Shown one piece after another: positions 1 through 9,307 of a stretch of DNA of 35,219 nt (its first letter is position 1; each line of letters starts with the position of its first letter). The position numbers and the translations under genes are program-made. The stretch is from an uncultured virus (IMG/VR IMGVR_UViG_3300030202_001399). Its lineage: Duplodnaviria; Heunggongvirae; Uroviricota; Caudoviricetes. The stretch lies in IMG/VR virus record IMGVR_UViG_3300030202_001399; one strand, given 5' to 3'. The notes beneath the pieces were generated by a model. It was given only the letters and a program-made list of their open reading frames with translations, made no database searches and was not told where the DNA came from.

Positions 1-1742
1 CCTCCTTGTGCAAAACCAAAGACTCCCCCAATCTTGTTACCAAGTTTCCTTATACCATCTCCTACCTTCTCTACTGCTTCAGGAGATACAGCCTCTTTCA
101 AAGCGGTCTTTATTTCTGCAAGGGTTGGTAGGTTTATGTTGTCGTAAAGGAAATCTTTGACACTAACAAATACGTCATATATCCCTCCTAAGACTTTTCC
201 TATTGCATCTGCATGTGGTATTAGTTTGTCTGCTAGGAAGATTATAGCAGCCATTGCTGCGGCGAATAGGATAGCAGGAAGACCAATGAAGAGTGCTGCT
301 ATTAGAGCGATGCCTAGTGCTATCTTTGCTACGACCTTGACTACATGTAAACCAGCAGCAACAATCGCTCCTCTAGTGGTAGCAAAATCTTCTCTAATTT
401 CCTCTAGCCTTGTATTGAAAACATTGCGAATAAACTCAACTGCTCCCATAATAACAGACCCGATAGTGGCTACCAATACCCCTGCTAGAATCTGCAAACT
501 AGCAACAAGAAGTTGTCCAACACCAGCAACCACTTCTACGATATTACCATCTTGAAAGGCAGACCAAATATTGTTCAGTGCTTCCACGAAACTATCAATG
601 CCAGTCGATATGATGCTTAGACCAACACCGAAGGTTTCCTTCATCACTTTGAATCCTTTGACGAATGCTTCTTTGTTCTCTTCAAACACATTCCTCAAGA
701 TGGTTAGCCCTAGCATTATGAGAAGTAGATATCCTGCTGCCATGAACATCGTTCTAACGATGGACATGATTCCCTTTGCTATTCTCCCTGCGAATTTTGC
801 AATATCTGTTAAGGGCTTAAACACAAACTTACCTGCTCTTCCAATAAATCTCAAAGTCCTTTTACTCCGTTTGTTACTATCCTTTTCAAGGGCTTGCAAG
901 GCTCTCAGTTGTGCTATATCCTCTTTACTACTGAACCCCTTTCTGCCGCCGCCTGTGATACGTTCTTTGCCTGATTTGTCTGTTACTATTTTCATATCCC
1001 TAGATAAACCAGCCTCGTCAAATCTTTTATCTAACTCCTTCTCACCTACACCAAACTTACTTTCAGAAATTGCTGCTGCTGCATCAGTTACCTTTGTGTA
1101 CTGTTGTCCCACGAAATCCTTTGCAAACTTTGAAGCCTCTTTCATTTTATTGCTGATTGCAACTGATGCCTTCACAGTCAACATATTAGCAATGATACCC
1201 TCTTTTCTTCTTCTCGCTCCCTTAGTTGCAGCCTTCTCCAACTTCTCTATGTCCTTTACCTGCTTGTCCATCAGTTTAGACATCTCTCTGAGAGCCTTGT
1301 TTTGGTCTTGATGTTGAAACAGCAATCCTCCGAATATCTTGGATTGCTTTCTGATTGCCTCAACTGCTGCTTCTCTTTTTGCACCAGTGGCTTTCTCAGC
1401 CTTTTCTATGTTAGCCTGTATGTCTTGTATCTCTTTGGAAGTATCTGCAATCTCCGCATAGACCTTGAGTTGCTTTACTTCCTCTAGTCTTCTTCGCTCT
1501 GTCGAACTAGCCATCTCATTGAGAAGGATGACAGTAGCCTTGATTCTATTCTGTACTCTCCAAAGCCCTGTTCCTGATATGAATCGAGAGAAAACCTCCC
1601 AATTCTTTGAACCCATTATTGCATTGGTGCGACTTAGAGTGGCTTGCATGGCTCGCATGTTCTTTGCGCCATCGATGATGGCTCGGTCAATACCCTCAAA
1701 CTCCTCACGGAGATTCTTGATATCTTCCTGCGTATCCGACAT
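1..1742 (-). CDS. Tail tape measure protein (3' end runs off the window)
   Basis: Not in the ORF track because it has no stop in the window. ATG at 1742 gives MSDTQEDIKNLREEFEGIDRAII; spot-checked in frame at ~560 (IDSFVEALNNIWSAFQDG) and at the edge (KIGGVFGFAQGG, a typical TMP FAxGG motif). Lies right after the tail chaperone pair. Confidence 0.85.
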   Translation of the reverse strand, partial: MSDTQEDIKNLREEFEGIDRAIIDGAKNMRAMQATLSRTNAIMGSKNWEVFSRFISGTGLWRVQNRIKATVILLNEMASSTERRRLEEVKQLKVYAEIADTSKEIQDIQANIEKAEKATGAKREAAVEAIRKQSKIFGGLLFQHQDQNKALREMSKLMDKQVKDIEKLEKAATKGARRRKEGIIANMLTVKASVAISNKMKEASKFAKDFVGQQYTKVTDAAAAISESKFGVGEKELDKRFDEAGLSRDMKIVTDKSGKERITGGGRKGFSSKEDIAQLRALQALEKDSNKRSKRTLRFIGRAGKFVFKPLTDIAKFAGRIAKGIMSIVRTMFMAAGYLLLIMLGLTILRNVFEENKEAFVKGFKVMKETFGVGLSIISTGIDSFVEALNNIWSAFQDGNIVEVVAGVGQLLVASLQILAGVLVATIGSVIMGAVEFIRNVFNTRLEEIREDFATTRGAIVAAGLHVVKVVAKIALGIALIAALFIGLPAILFAAAMAAIIFLADKLIPHADAIGKVLGGIYDVFVSVKDFLYDNINLPTLAEIKTALKEAVSPEAVEKVGDGIRKLGNKIGGVFGFAQG

Positions 1743-1748
1743 TACCAC

Positions 1749-1964
1749 TCACTTCTTCGTACCTTCTTTCATAGCCTCCGATTCCAGTCTCTTTATCTCT
1801 CCATGTATCTCTAACATTTCCTTAATCACTGTCGCTGGTGTATCATAAGCCTCCAATGGGTTGAGCGAGAAAGTAGCACAGTATGTATAGAGCATAATCT
1901 TCATCCCTATATCTGTACTTACACTACCTCCCTTCAATGCCCTTCGGATTAGTTTTCGTTTCCC
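1749..1964 (-). CDS. Tail assembly chaperone, frameshift extension (gpGT-like C-terminal part)
   Basis: The -1 frame of the upstream chaperone is open from the slippery site GGGAAAC (1958-1964) as GKRKLIRRALKGGSVSTDIG...EGTKK to the stop at 1749. Located between chaperone and TMP. Confidence 0.75.
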   Translation of the reverse strand, partial: GKRKLIRRALKGGSVSTDIGMKIMLYTYCATFSLNPLEAYDTPATVIKEMLEIHGEIKRLESEAMKEGTKK

Positions 1965-2329
1965 GTATCATCCCCCATGACATCCATGAACGGATTAGGG
2001 AGTATGTCTTTCAGTTGCGCCCCGATGTACGGGTTGAGTCTGATTAAGTCGGTAGTAGATAGTTGAGGCTCAGTCTTCTCTACGAAGTTCTCAACCATGT
2101 ATCTATACATCTTGTTTAGATTGATACCCATAGTCTGACCCTGAGCATCCATATCCATCACAGACGATAACGCCTGTTCTACCTGTAACCAAGTTGGTTC
2201 TTTAATCCACACTTGGAGGTATTCATCAGAGTCAGAGGCTACCCTAATCTGATGGCATTCGGTTGCCGTTCTTGCGAACAGCCTAGTCTTATCACTTACA
2301 ATTTTTCTTTCTGTCATTTTTCTTTCCAC
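1949..2329 (-). CDS. Tail assembly chaperone (gpG-like)
   Basis: 126 aa, between tail tube and TMP, ends ACG GGA AAC GAA AAC TAA with a slippery heptamer. Start could be ATG 2317. Confidence 0.75.
   Translation of the reverse strand: MERKMTERKIVSDKTRLFARTATECHQIRVASDSDEYLQVWIKEPTWLQVEQALSSVMDMDAQGQTMGINLNKMYRYMVENFVEKTEPQLSTTDLIRLNPYIGAQLKDILPNPFMDVMGDDTGNEN
1958..1964 (-). promoter_or_regulatory. -1 programmed ribosomal frameshift slippery site G GGA AAC
   Basis: X XXY YYZ heptamer in the correct phase, 2 codons before the stop; a -1 shift joins the downstream ORF. Confidence 0.8.
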
Positions 2330-2340
2330 CTACAAAACAA

Positions 2341-2400
2341 ATCAACAAACAAACGTGTTGATGGAATAAAAATTGGATAGCGTTACCTATTTGGTTACGC
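2341..2400 (-). terminator. Possible terminator/attenuator after the tail tube gene
   Basis: Minus strand GCGTAACC-AAATA-GGTAACGC (7/8 bp stem), then AATTTTTATT, a second stem ATCAACA..TGTTGAT and T-rich tracts. Confidence 0.35.
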
Positions 2401-2403
2401 CTC

Positions 2404-3945
2404 CTAATTACCTGTCGCACTACCGCCAAGAGTCATGATTGCCCACTTACCTGTGTAGGTAGCAGTTGTGAGCGTTCTTGCTGTTATGGAAGCCTCTACT
2501 TCTACTGGCCCTTTGTCTTCAGGGAAAGGCACAGTAACCGCATTGATTAGATAGTCAGCAAGTTGAATGTCTATCTCCTCACCTGAGTCTTTTGTGAACT
2601 TCAATCTCAAAGCACCACTAGATTCGTTGTCGTTTCTTAACTCATCCCATAGTTTCGTGTCTGTTATCAACATGGTTAGAGTCAACTCATACGTTCTCTG
2701 ACCGGGTAGATGAGCAGATGCAATCTGCCTGTTGTAGTTACCAATGAACCTCTGTGGTAGTAGGTTGTTGTTGATGACAAGAGAGCCACCCTTTACCTTA
2801 CCCAAGGATTGACCGAACAGTGTGATGTCTCCATCAGAGAATAAGAATGGGTAGTTGTCTGTTAGCGTGGAACTGTAATTCACGATTCCCCTACCGTTTT
2901 CAGCATCGCTTAGAGCAGTCAAGGATGCGTTTCCACCAAGAGGAACATAGTTAGCAGGAGGGTCGAAAGCCCTTCTTGAAACCAAATCCAATGAACACTT
3001 TAGTTCCTGACCCTCTTCAAAGTTCAGAGTAAGAGTGTTTACCTGACATCCTGTGAAGATTCTAGAGTACATGTTCTCGTTAGGTGATAGGGAATCTAGA
3101 GCAGTGGTGTTAGAATGTCCTGCTTTTCTGTATACCACATCAAGAGCGAAGGATGGAAGAACGTCATCATCTGCTTCACTGAAAGTGTAGTTGAACATGT
3201 CTGAGCCATTGTATACCTGCAAGTTGCTGATAGCCAAGTCAGAACCACCACCATCTATCTCAGGGTAGTTGTTGTGTTCGTAAGACCTGAGTATCCTGTT
3301 TGCTGATGCATTGACAGCAATTGCATTCTCTCCATTTGATGTGCTTAGAGTAGCATGTGTTCCTGACAGGGTGTAGGATAGTTTGCCTAGTGCGTAGTAG
3401 AGCCAAGAGCCGTTGTTGAGAGAGACATCTAACGAGCCTCCGCTTACTGTCTCCGCTCCTTTGTACTGATAGTCGAAGTTCCTACCACCTGCGGCAGCAA
3501 GGTTGAGTTGCTTCATCTCTACCTCTACGTTTGGTGGTGTGAATGTGTTAACTAGTCCTAACCAACTATCAGAGTGTATTCTAGGATTAGTACCGCCATC
3601 TCTAGAAGCGTAGAGAGGTGCGCCAAACGAGAGTATTGTTGCATCCATAGTTCCCGAAGTTACCGCACTACCGTTGGAGTCAACTGGTGCGGAATCTATG
3701 ACTATGGTTGTAGCAGTGTTATCTACGATAGTTCGATATGAAGTTGCATCGTTTGAGGCCAATGCTCCAATCTTCACGGTGCAGCCGATATACAAATCAG
3801 GGACTAAATGAACTAGGGTTTGCTGACCGCTTGATAGTGTTAGAGTTGTACTGCTTGATAGAACAGCATCTTGAAAATACAAGTCCAACTCAGGACTCAT
3901 TCCTACTTGTGCATTTGCTCCTACGAATACTTCATTACTTGCCAT
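2404..3945 (-). CDS. Major tail tube protein (siphovirus-like) with inserted beta-rich domains
   Basis: 513 aa, S/T/G-rich. Tube-like motifs (FTGCQVNTLTLNFEEGQELKCSL, INNNL, GQRTYELTLTM); directly upstream of chaperones and TMP; no sheath gene nearby. Confidence 0.75.
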   Translation of the reverse strand: MASNEVFVGANAQVGMSPELDLYFQDAVLSSSTTLTLSSGQQTLVHLVPDLYIGCTVKIGALASNDATSYRTIVDNTATTIVIDSAPVDSNGSAVTSGTMDATILSFGAPLYASRDGGTNPRIHSDSWLGLVNTFTPPNVEVEMKQLNLAAAGGRNFDYQYKGAETVSGGSLDVSLNNGSWLYYALGKLSYTLSGTHATLSTSNGENAIAVNASANRILRSYEHNNYPEIDGGGSDLAISNLQVYNGSDMFNYTFSEADDDVLPSFALDVVYRKAGHSNTTALDSLSPNENMYSRIFTGCQVNTLTLNFEEGQELKCSLDLVSRRAFDPPANYVPLGGNASLTALSDAENGRGIVNYSSTLTDNYPFLFSDGDITLFGQSLGKVKGGSLVINNNLLPQRFIGNYNRQIASAHLPGQRTYELTLTMLITDTKLWDELRNDNESSGALRLKFTKDSGEEIDIQLADYLINAVTVPFPEDKGPVEVEASITARTLTTATYTGKWAIMTLGGSATGN

Positions 3946-3955
3946 TTTCTATCCC

Positions 3956-4486
3956 TCATGTCGCTCTCGCAAACCTCTTCATCTCAACTCCAATCTTGTA
4001 TCCCAATAGTCTTTTCCCTCTATCATTCGCTTCATTTCTAGATGTTAGTCGTATTAAATCAGCATCTCCTAAGACCGAACTTGTGGTATCGGCGGGTGTT
4101 GCATAGACAGTTGGCCTAAAAGCATTGTTTTCCAAGACGTATCTTACTATCTTGTATAATGCCTCTAATCTATCTCTCGAAAACGTGTTACTGGTCATAT
4201 CTCTCCTATGTAAAACCCGTAAATGTAATGTAAAACCAAAGTCTTCACTTCTAGCAGAATAATCAATAGTTGGGTAAGTTGTAGCAGCACTGTCTTCAAA
4301 GACTATTATCACCGACTCTGAATCAATATCAACTCTTCTGCCCTCTTGAGGTTCTATGGAACGAATGTCAATGAACTTTGGAGTAGCATTATGACTGGCA
4401 GTTATCGTACCAGCACTGACTAAAGCCGCCGCCGATGATGACCAGTTATCTTGTAGAAGTCTGATGATTAGAGTTACTTCATCCAT
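3956..4486 (-). CDS. Putative tail terminator/completion protein
   Basis: 176 aa, immediately before the tail tube; called mainly on synteny and alpha/beta pattern. Confidence 0.5.
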   Translation of the reverse strand: MDEVTLIIRLLQDNWSSSAAALVSAGTITASHNATPKFIDIRSIEPQEGRRVDIDSESVIIVFEDSAATTYPTIDYSARSEDFGFTLHLRVLHRRDMTSNTFSRDRLEALYKIVRYVLENNAFRPTVYATPADTTSSVLGDADLIRLTSRNEANDRGKRLLGYKIGVEMKRFARAT

Positions 4487-4668
4487 ATCTTAATCTTCTC
4501 CTTGAGTTCCTTTTCATATGCCTTCATAAATTTCTCTGTGGCATTTTTCATTACCTGTTCATCTGAGAAACTAACATCAAAACCGATGTCCTCCTCTAAC
4601 TCTTTGAGAACTTCATTTCTTTCCTTTTCTATCTTTAGAATAGCAAGGTAGTCTTTTGTCGCACTCAT
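4474..4668 (-). CDS. Hypothetical small charged protein
   Basis: Probable ATG 4668 (MSATKDY) just after the adaptor stop; E/K-rich helix; overlaps the next gene's start. Confidence 0.55.
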   Translation of the reverse strand: MSATKDYLAILKIEKERNEVLKELEEDIGFDVSFSDEQVMKNATEKFMKAYEKELKEKIKIWMK

Positions 4669-4672
4669 GATA

Positions 4673-5749
4673 TCACGCAATGAAATGTATTATGTCCTTT
4701 TTACCATTCAAGATTGCGTTTGCCTCTTCTAGCAAGATATCATGTTTGGTTTTCAGGTCTATGTTTGAGCCAGTTTCTGCAATAAGTATAGAGTTATCAT
4801 CATGTCTTATTACTTCAGCAGCAACTAATTTTGTCGTAGCATCTTGGATAGTAGCAGGAACTCTAGATTCCCCACTGACATAAGTTACTCGGATAGAGTG
4901 CGAGTGTAGATATGGATAGTTCTTCAAGAAGAATATCTTACCGTCTTTATTTATTGTCCAATAGTCTCCTAATCTTCTTTGGTCTTGGTTGTCTGTGAAT
5001 TGAGTTACTGTTCCAACTGTGGATGAGATTGTGCAAGCAGAACCATCCTCTCCCATCAAGAGCGAGGAGATTACAACTGTGTCTCCTGCTTCACTATCCG
5101 TTGTGGCATAGAAGAAATCAGATATATTGATTGAACTTGCTCCTTGGGCAGTCACAGACTTCGCAGCAGTTTCACCAGTGAACTTCGCAGTCTTGTGAGG
5201 GAAGACCTCGTTGATTGCATCTGCTATTTGACTAGCAGTTGTCTTTGGGCCATAGTTGTCGAAGAAATCAGTTCCCTTCGTTATATTGAATGTGTATGCT
5301 CCCACTCCCAACGTAATTACAAAAGAACCACTTTCAGGGCCGGAGGGAACTTTTATCTTAGCAGAGGCAGAAGCCAAATCAACATACTCTGTTCCTTGCC
5401 ATACCTCTAGACGTACTATCTTCTGAACATTGTTTCTATCTAACTGCACAAACCCAATGTAATCTTTGTGTCTGTTGACTGGATACGCACCCATTCTGAA
5501 TGCTTCAAATCCATGAAACTCATGATGATAAATAACAGGACGATAAGAATGTGCTACAATATCATCAACCCTTTCTTCTGCTCTTCTGATTAATCCTCCT
5601 ACTTCAGCAATAGATGGAGTTGTAGATGAACTAAATGCTGCTATTTGTAGCAACTGAGAAACATCAGAATGTGTAGTGTAGAACCCTCTTCCTTGAGAGT
5701 AGTTCGGATTAATGTTGGTGAAGTCACTTGGGGAGGATAGTTTCGGCAT
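4673..5749 (-). CDS. Putative head-tail adaptor/connector with inserted domain
   Basis: Probable ATG 5749 (MPKLSSP). N-terminal YTTHSDV..LIRRAEERVD and C-terminal IRVTYVSG..VPATIQDATTKLVA match adaptor (gp15/gp6-like) patterns. Confidence 0.6.
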   Translation of the reverse strand: MPKLSSPSDFTNINPNYSQGRGFYTTHSDVSQLLQIAAFSSSTTPSIAEVGGLIRRAEERVDDIVAHSYRPVIYHHEFHGFEAFRMGAYPVNRHKDYIGFVQLDRNNVQKIVRLEVWQGTEYVDLASASAKIKVPSGPESGSFVITLGVGAYTFNITKGTDFFDNYGPKTTASQIADAINEVFPHKTAKFTGETAAKSVTAQGASSINISDFFYATTDSEAGDTVVISSLLMGEDGSACTISSTVGTVTQFTDNQDQRRLGDYWTINKDGKIFFLKNYPYLHSHSIRVTYVSGESRVPATIQDATTKLVAAEVIRHDDNSILIAETGSNIDLKTKHDILLEEANAILNGKKDIIHFIA

Positions 5750-5754
5750 TATAA

Positions 5755-7122
5755 TCAACTCCTAAATCTACTGGCTTTAGCCATGAAGGTCTTAACACCC
5801 TTGAGTATATCAGATATACCCCTGACTTTATCCTTATCAGCCACAACGAACGCACCTTCTTCTGCAAGTCTTAACTCTCCTTCCTTGTTTATTACAAGTC
5901 CATATTTTAAAATCGGCAGTGCTTCTTTCTTGGTTTTCTCTTGACCATCTACTAATTTAAGAACAGCAGGATTAATAGAAACTTCAAAGGAAACTTTTCC
6001 TACATCTAAATCTAAGTAGTTCCTTGTTATTTCAGAAATACTAGGTTCATTCATAGGGTCTCTAGTTTCTTTATCTCTATCTTTCACCCTTCTTGCTTTC
6101 ATAAAATTTGAGTTTTCTAAAAGATACTTTGCGACATCATCTAAAACATCGGCTTCAAGTTTGAGTTCACCACGAATAAACTCTAATGCATCTCCTCTTC
6201 CTTCATCAGTAAAAGCATACTCTTTGATTAATTTACCACTTCTGTATATTTCATAGCCAGCGATTATATCTAACTCTGAACCTTCTGCCTTTGTCTTTGG
6301 TTGTAAAGTAAATCCTTCTGCTTCATTGCTTTTAACTGCATCAAACAGTAAATTATCACCAACAGATGTATTGATAGCACTGGATATATTCTGTTTATTA
6401 TCCATAAATCTAAGATGTGAATCATCGAAAGACTCTATCAATTTCTGTCCACTAAATGGTTTTATGTCAAACCATCCTTCACCTGCTAATAAGTTAGTTA
6501 AGTATGCTTTAACATCCCATGTATATTTACTAGCATTCGTTTTCTCTACGGGCGTTTCAAGAAACTTAGACATCTTATCTTTATCGAAAAGACTTTCATT
6601 TTTATCTATTGTATTCATCAACTTAGAGGGTTTACCTCCTTTACCTGTATATGTTTGACCTAGATAGGCAGGTAACAATAGTTGTTCAAAGTTTACGTTT
6701 TTCTTATCTAAGTTCTCTACTATACTATTTTCTTTATCAGGCCCAAACAACTCGAATACTGCTGCTCCCTTTTTTGCACTGAAATTGTTTTCCATTGCAT
6801 TGATAGTTTCAATCACTGGTAGTTTGAGTGCCTTTTCTACTAATATCTTCATGTATTTTTCATATGTTTCATATTCTTCTTTAGAATCAAAATCCTTTTC
6901 ATTCAAAGACATCAAGATTCTAAAATTCTTTTTGACAGATTTTTTATCAAACCTTCTTGTGTCTTTAATTTTTTTTTGAAACATCTTTAGAACTAGAGTT
7001 CTCAATATGACAGAAGCATCATCTGTTGGATTAACAGTTGCACTGTTTACCGATTCCTCATCTAAGTTGAATATTGTATCCTTGAGGTCGCTATCATTAC
7101 TGCTGTCGATAGTCAAACTCAT
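5755..7122 (-). CDS. Hypothetical protein (455 aa, K/E-rich)
   Basis: Long ORF in the operon orientation, GGTGG upstream; no motif recognised. Confidence 0.7.
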   Translation of the reverse strand: MSLTIDSSNDSDLKDTIFNLDEESVNSATVNPTDDASVILRTLVLKMFQKKIKDTRRFDKKSVKKNFRILMSLNEKDFDSKEEYETYEKYMKILVEKALKLPVIETINAMENNFSAKKGAAVFELFGPDKENSIVENLDKKNVNFEQLLLPAYLGQTYTGKGGKPSKLMNTIDKNESLFDKDKMSKFLETPVEKTNASKYTWDVKAYLTNLLAGEGWFDIKPFSGQKLIESFDDSHLRFMDNKQNISSAINTSVGDNLLFDAVKSNEAEGFTLQPKTKAEGSELDIIAGYEIYRSGKLIKEYAFTDEGRGDALEFIRGELKLEADVLDDVAKYLLENSNFMKARRVKDRDKETRDPMNEPSISEITRNYLDLDVGKVSFEVSINPAVLKLVDGQEKTKKEALPILKYGLVINKEGELRLAEEGAFVVADKDKVRGISDILKGVKTFMAKASRFRS

Positions 7123-7136
7123 ACATTAAATTCCAC

Positions 7137-7841
7137 CTATGCCAACCACTTTGCCCAAGCGACTCCTTTACTCAAAGCACCCGCTAACCCAAGACCACTT
7201 TGAGGTGGTGTATACGATGGTTGACCAGTAGCGGGGTCAATCCAGTATGGATTATTGAACTGGTCGTAGCCAGTAGGAGGTATAGGATATCCACTACCAT
7301 TGTTCATAGCCATTTGCTGTTGCATCATCTGTTGATTCATTCCTCCCATAGCAGGTGCGCCTTGTATGTTTGCTGGATTCATACCTTGTGGATTTCCTAC
7401 TTGTTGTTGCATTCCTCCCATCTGTGTATCTTGTGAAGGAGATGAGAATCCCTGTGATTCTAGATATTGTTGCTTCGCCATTCTCCTCTGCATGATGACT
7501 TCTGAGTTAACAGCAGTTGCAAGTAGGTTGACAATATCTAAGTCAATGTTCTCTTGAGTTATGGATGTAAAGTCACTTAACGAATCAGGATGTATTTCTA
7601 AATCTCCATTAGTGTTAGATACAAACTTCATCTTAACCAACATTTGACTAACTACTCTAGCCATTACATCTTCCATCATTTTCTCAAATGCACCAAGGAA
7701 TTGTTCTCCGTGATATTGGAAGAACTCTTCAACATGGTTTTCTTGTAGAGTTAAGAGATTATTTGTCATCTTAAATTGCGATTGTCCCATTGTATTCATT
7801 TGCGATGACAACGCAGAGTTGCTTGTTCCGAACAGACCCAT
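7137..7841 (-). CDS. Hypothetical protein, Q/M/G/P-rich low-complexity C-half, terminal amphipathic helix
   Basis: 234 aa; TGATG-coupled to the upstream gene; ends GLAGALSKGVAWAKWLA. Confidence 0.75.
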   Translation of the reverse strand: MGLFGTSNSALSSQMNTMGQSQFKMTNNLLTLQENHVEEFFQYHGEQFLGAFEKMMEDVMARVVSQMLVKMKFVSNTNGDLEIHPDSLSDFTSITQENIDLDIVNLLATAVNSEVIMQRRMAKQQYLESQGFSSPSQDTQMGGMQQQVGNPQGMNPANIQGAPAMGGMNQQMMQQQMAMNNGSGYPIPPTGYDQFNNPYWIDPATGQPSYTPPQSGLGLAGALSKGVAWAKWLA

Positions 7842-8521
7842 CAGTTCCCCTCCTCCGGTGTGGTAATCTTAACGCCTTCGGTCAATAAAGATTTAACCTT
7901 AGCAGACATTGCTGCATTCTCTATCATAAGTGCATACAACTGTTCTTCCTTTGAAGAGGCATCATTAGCGGGAGGGGTGATTCCCCAACCTAATGCAGTT
8001 AGAGAATTAATATCCTCTTGTTTTAGTTGTGTTATTGGCCCTGACTTTACAAGATTGACAGGATTAAGACTTCTAGCAGATGGAATGTATGCACTGAAAG
8101 AAAGACCATGTTCTTCTGCTAATATCTGTTGTTCTAACATTTCATACTGCATGTGTATCTGAGCATGTTTCTCACAGTAAGTCCCTCTCATTGGATATCC
8201 TTTGCGTACCTTGTGCAGTGGAAGTGGGGGTCTTCTGCTATCATTAGCAGTCCATACTTTTTGTGTACCACATATTACACATCTATCTTTTATGTTATAT
8301 TTGAAACTGTAAGGAACTTTCAACAAAGTTTTCTTTTCAGGTTTCAAAACTTTAACAATTTCTTTCAATTGTTTCTTTGGCTTCATTGATTTATACTCGT
8401 ATGGCATTATCGGTCCTGCTGCTCTTGCAGCAGTTAGCCTATCCATAAATGGATTAGGGCCAGCATTTATTGTTGCGTTCGTTGCTCCTATCAAACTAGG
8501 GGGGTTAAATTGCATAGACAT
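7841..8521 (-). CDS. Hypothetical protein with putative Zn-binding motif
   Basis: 226 aa; CVIC...YCEKH; AGGAG upstream. Confidence 0.7.
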   Translation of the reverse strand: MSMQFNPPSLIGATNATINAGPNPFMDRLTAARAAGPIMPYEYKSMKPKKQLKEIVKVLKPEKKTLLKVPYSFKYNIKDRCVICGTQKVWTANDSRRPPLPLHKVRKGYPMRGTYCEKHAQIHMQYEMLEQQILAEEHGLSFSAYIPSARSLNPVNLVKSGPITQLKQEDINSLTALGWGITPPANDASSKEEQLYALMIENAAMSAKVKSLLTEGVKITTPEEGN

Positions 8522-8542
8522 TTTCTTTTTCTCCTATCAATC

Positions 8543-8567
8543 CAAGCCTACCTTGCGGTGAGACTTG
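8543..8567 (-). promoter_or_regulatory. GNRA-tetraloop RNA hairpin between the GTPase and Zn-protein genes
   Basis: Minus strand CAAGTCT(C)ACC-GCAA-GGTAGGCTTG: 10 bp stem with one G-U pair and one bulge. Confidence 0.45.
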
Positions 8568-8581
8568 AGTAGTCTGACGTA

Positions 8582-9253
8582 TCAGTAGTCTTTTATCATT
8601 GTTAATACTCCACGATAAACCATTTCTGAATCAGACTTAGCACTCACTATGTATTTGTGACATGGAATGCCCGTTTCATTTAATTTCTGAAGTCCGGGTT
8701 TGAAGGACGCAAATATTGGATGGTCTTCTATCTTTCCAACATGTGGATATTTGTCTTTCCAAAGGTCATACTTGTTTGCCCATAAACCAACTGCCAACGG
8801 GTAGTCATGGTCTTGTTTCTTTTTCTTTCTTCCACCAATTGTATAGTATGGATTACATATTGTATCTACAAGAAACGTCCAAGATAATTGTTGTTCAATA
8901 TCATAGTGCTTGTCTAAATGTCTATCGTCAAACAAGAATACTATGTATTTGACATGTCTTTCTCTCATATCTCTAACCCATTCTTCCCAATATACTGTCT
9001 GTCCTCCTATATCAGCAGTCTTAATAGTATGGGCATCACCGTCTAACTTGACAAATTTTCTAGTTGCTCGATGTCTCCCAACTGTTCTTTTTTGTATTTC
9101 AGGGACTTCTCCTCTAGTCATCAACTGTCGATGCAGTGTTGTCTTTCCTGCTTTGCTTGCTCCATAGATACCGAAGTTGATAGCATGAAGGCGGTTATAC
9201 AGTTTATTCATTGCTTCTACAATGAGTATTGCAAACCCTGCCATTACCGACAC
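8582..9253 (-). CDS. Ras-superfamily small GTPase, Arf/Sar1-like
   Basis: G1 GASKAGKTT, G2 RTVG, G3 DIGGQ, IVFLFD strand, G4 ANKYD, G5 SAK; hydrophobic/amphipathic N-terminal helix; GAGGTGA RBS before GTG. Confidence 0.9.
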   Translation of the reverse strand: MSVMAGFAILIVEAMNKLYNRLHAINFGIYGASKAGKTTLHRQLMTRGEVPEIQKRTVGRHRATRKFVKLDGDAHTIKTADIGGQTVYWEEWVRDMRERHVKYIVFLFDDRHLDKHYDIEQQLSWTFLVDTICNPYYTIGGRKKKKQDHDYPLAVGLWANKYDLWKDKYPHVGKIEDHPIFASFKPGLQKLNETGIPCHKYIVSAKSDSEMVYRGVLTMIKDY

Positions 9254-9307
9254 ACTATCACCTCTTCAGTGAGTCGGATGTCGAAGAGCATTAAAATGGT
9301 TGAGAAT

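Noticed and set aside
7818..7841. N-myristoylation at MGLFGTS
   Set aside because: It resembles Arf N-termini, but archaea are not known to have N-myristoyltransferase and it is not on the GTPase itself.
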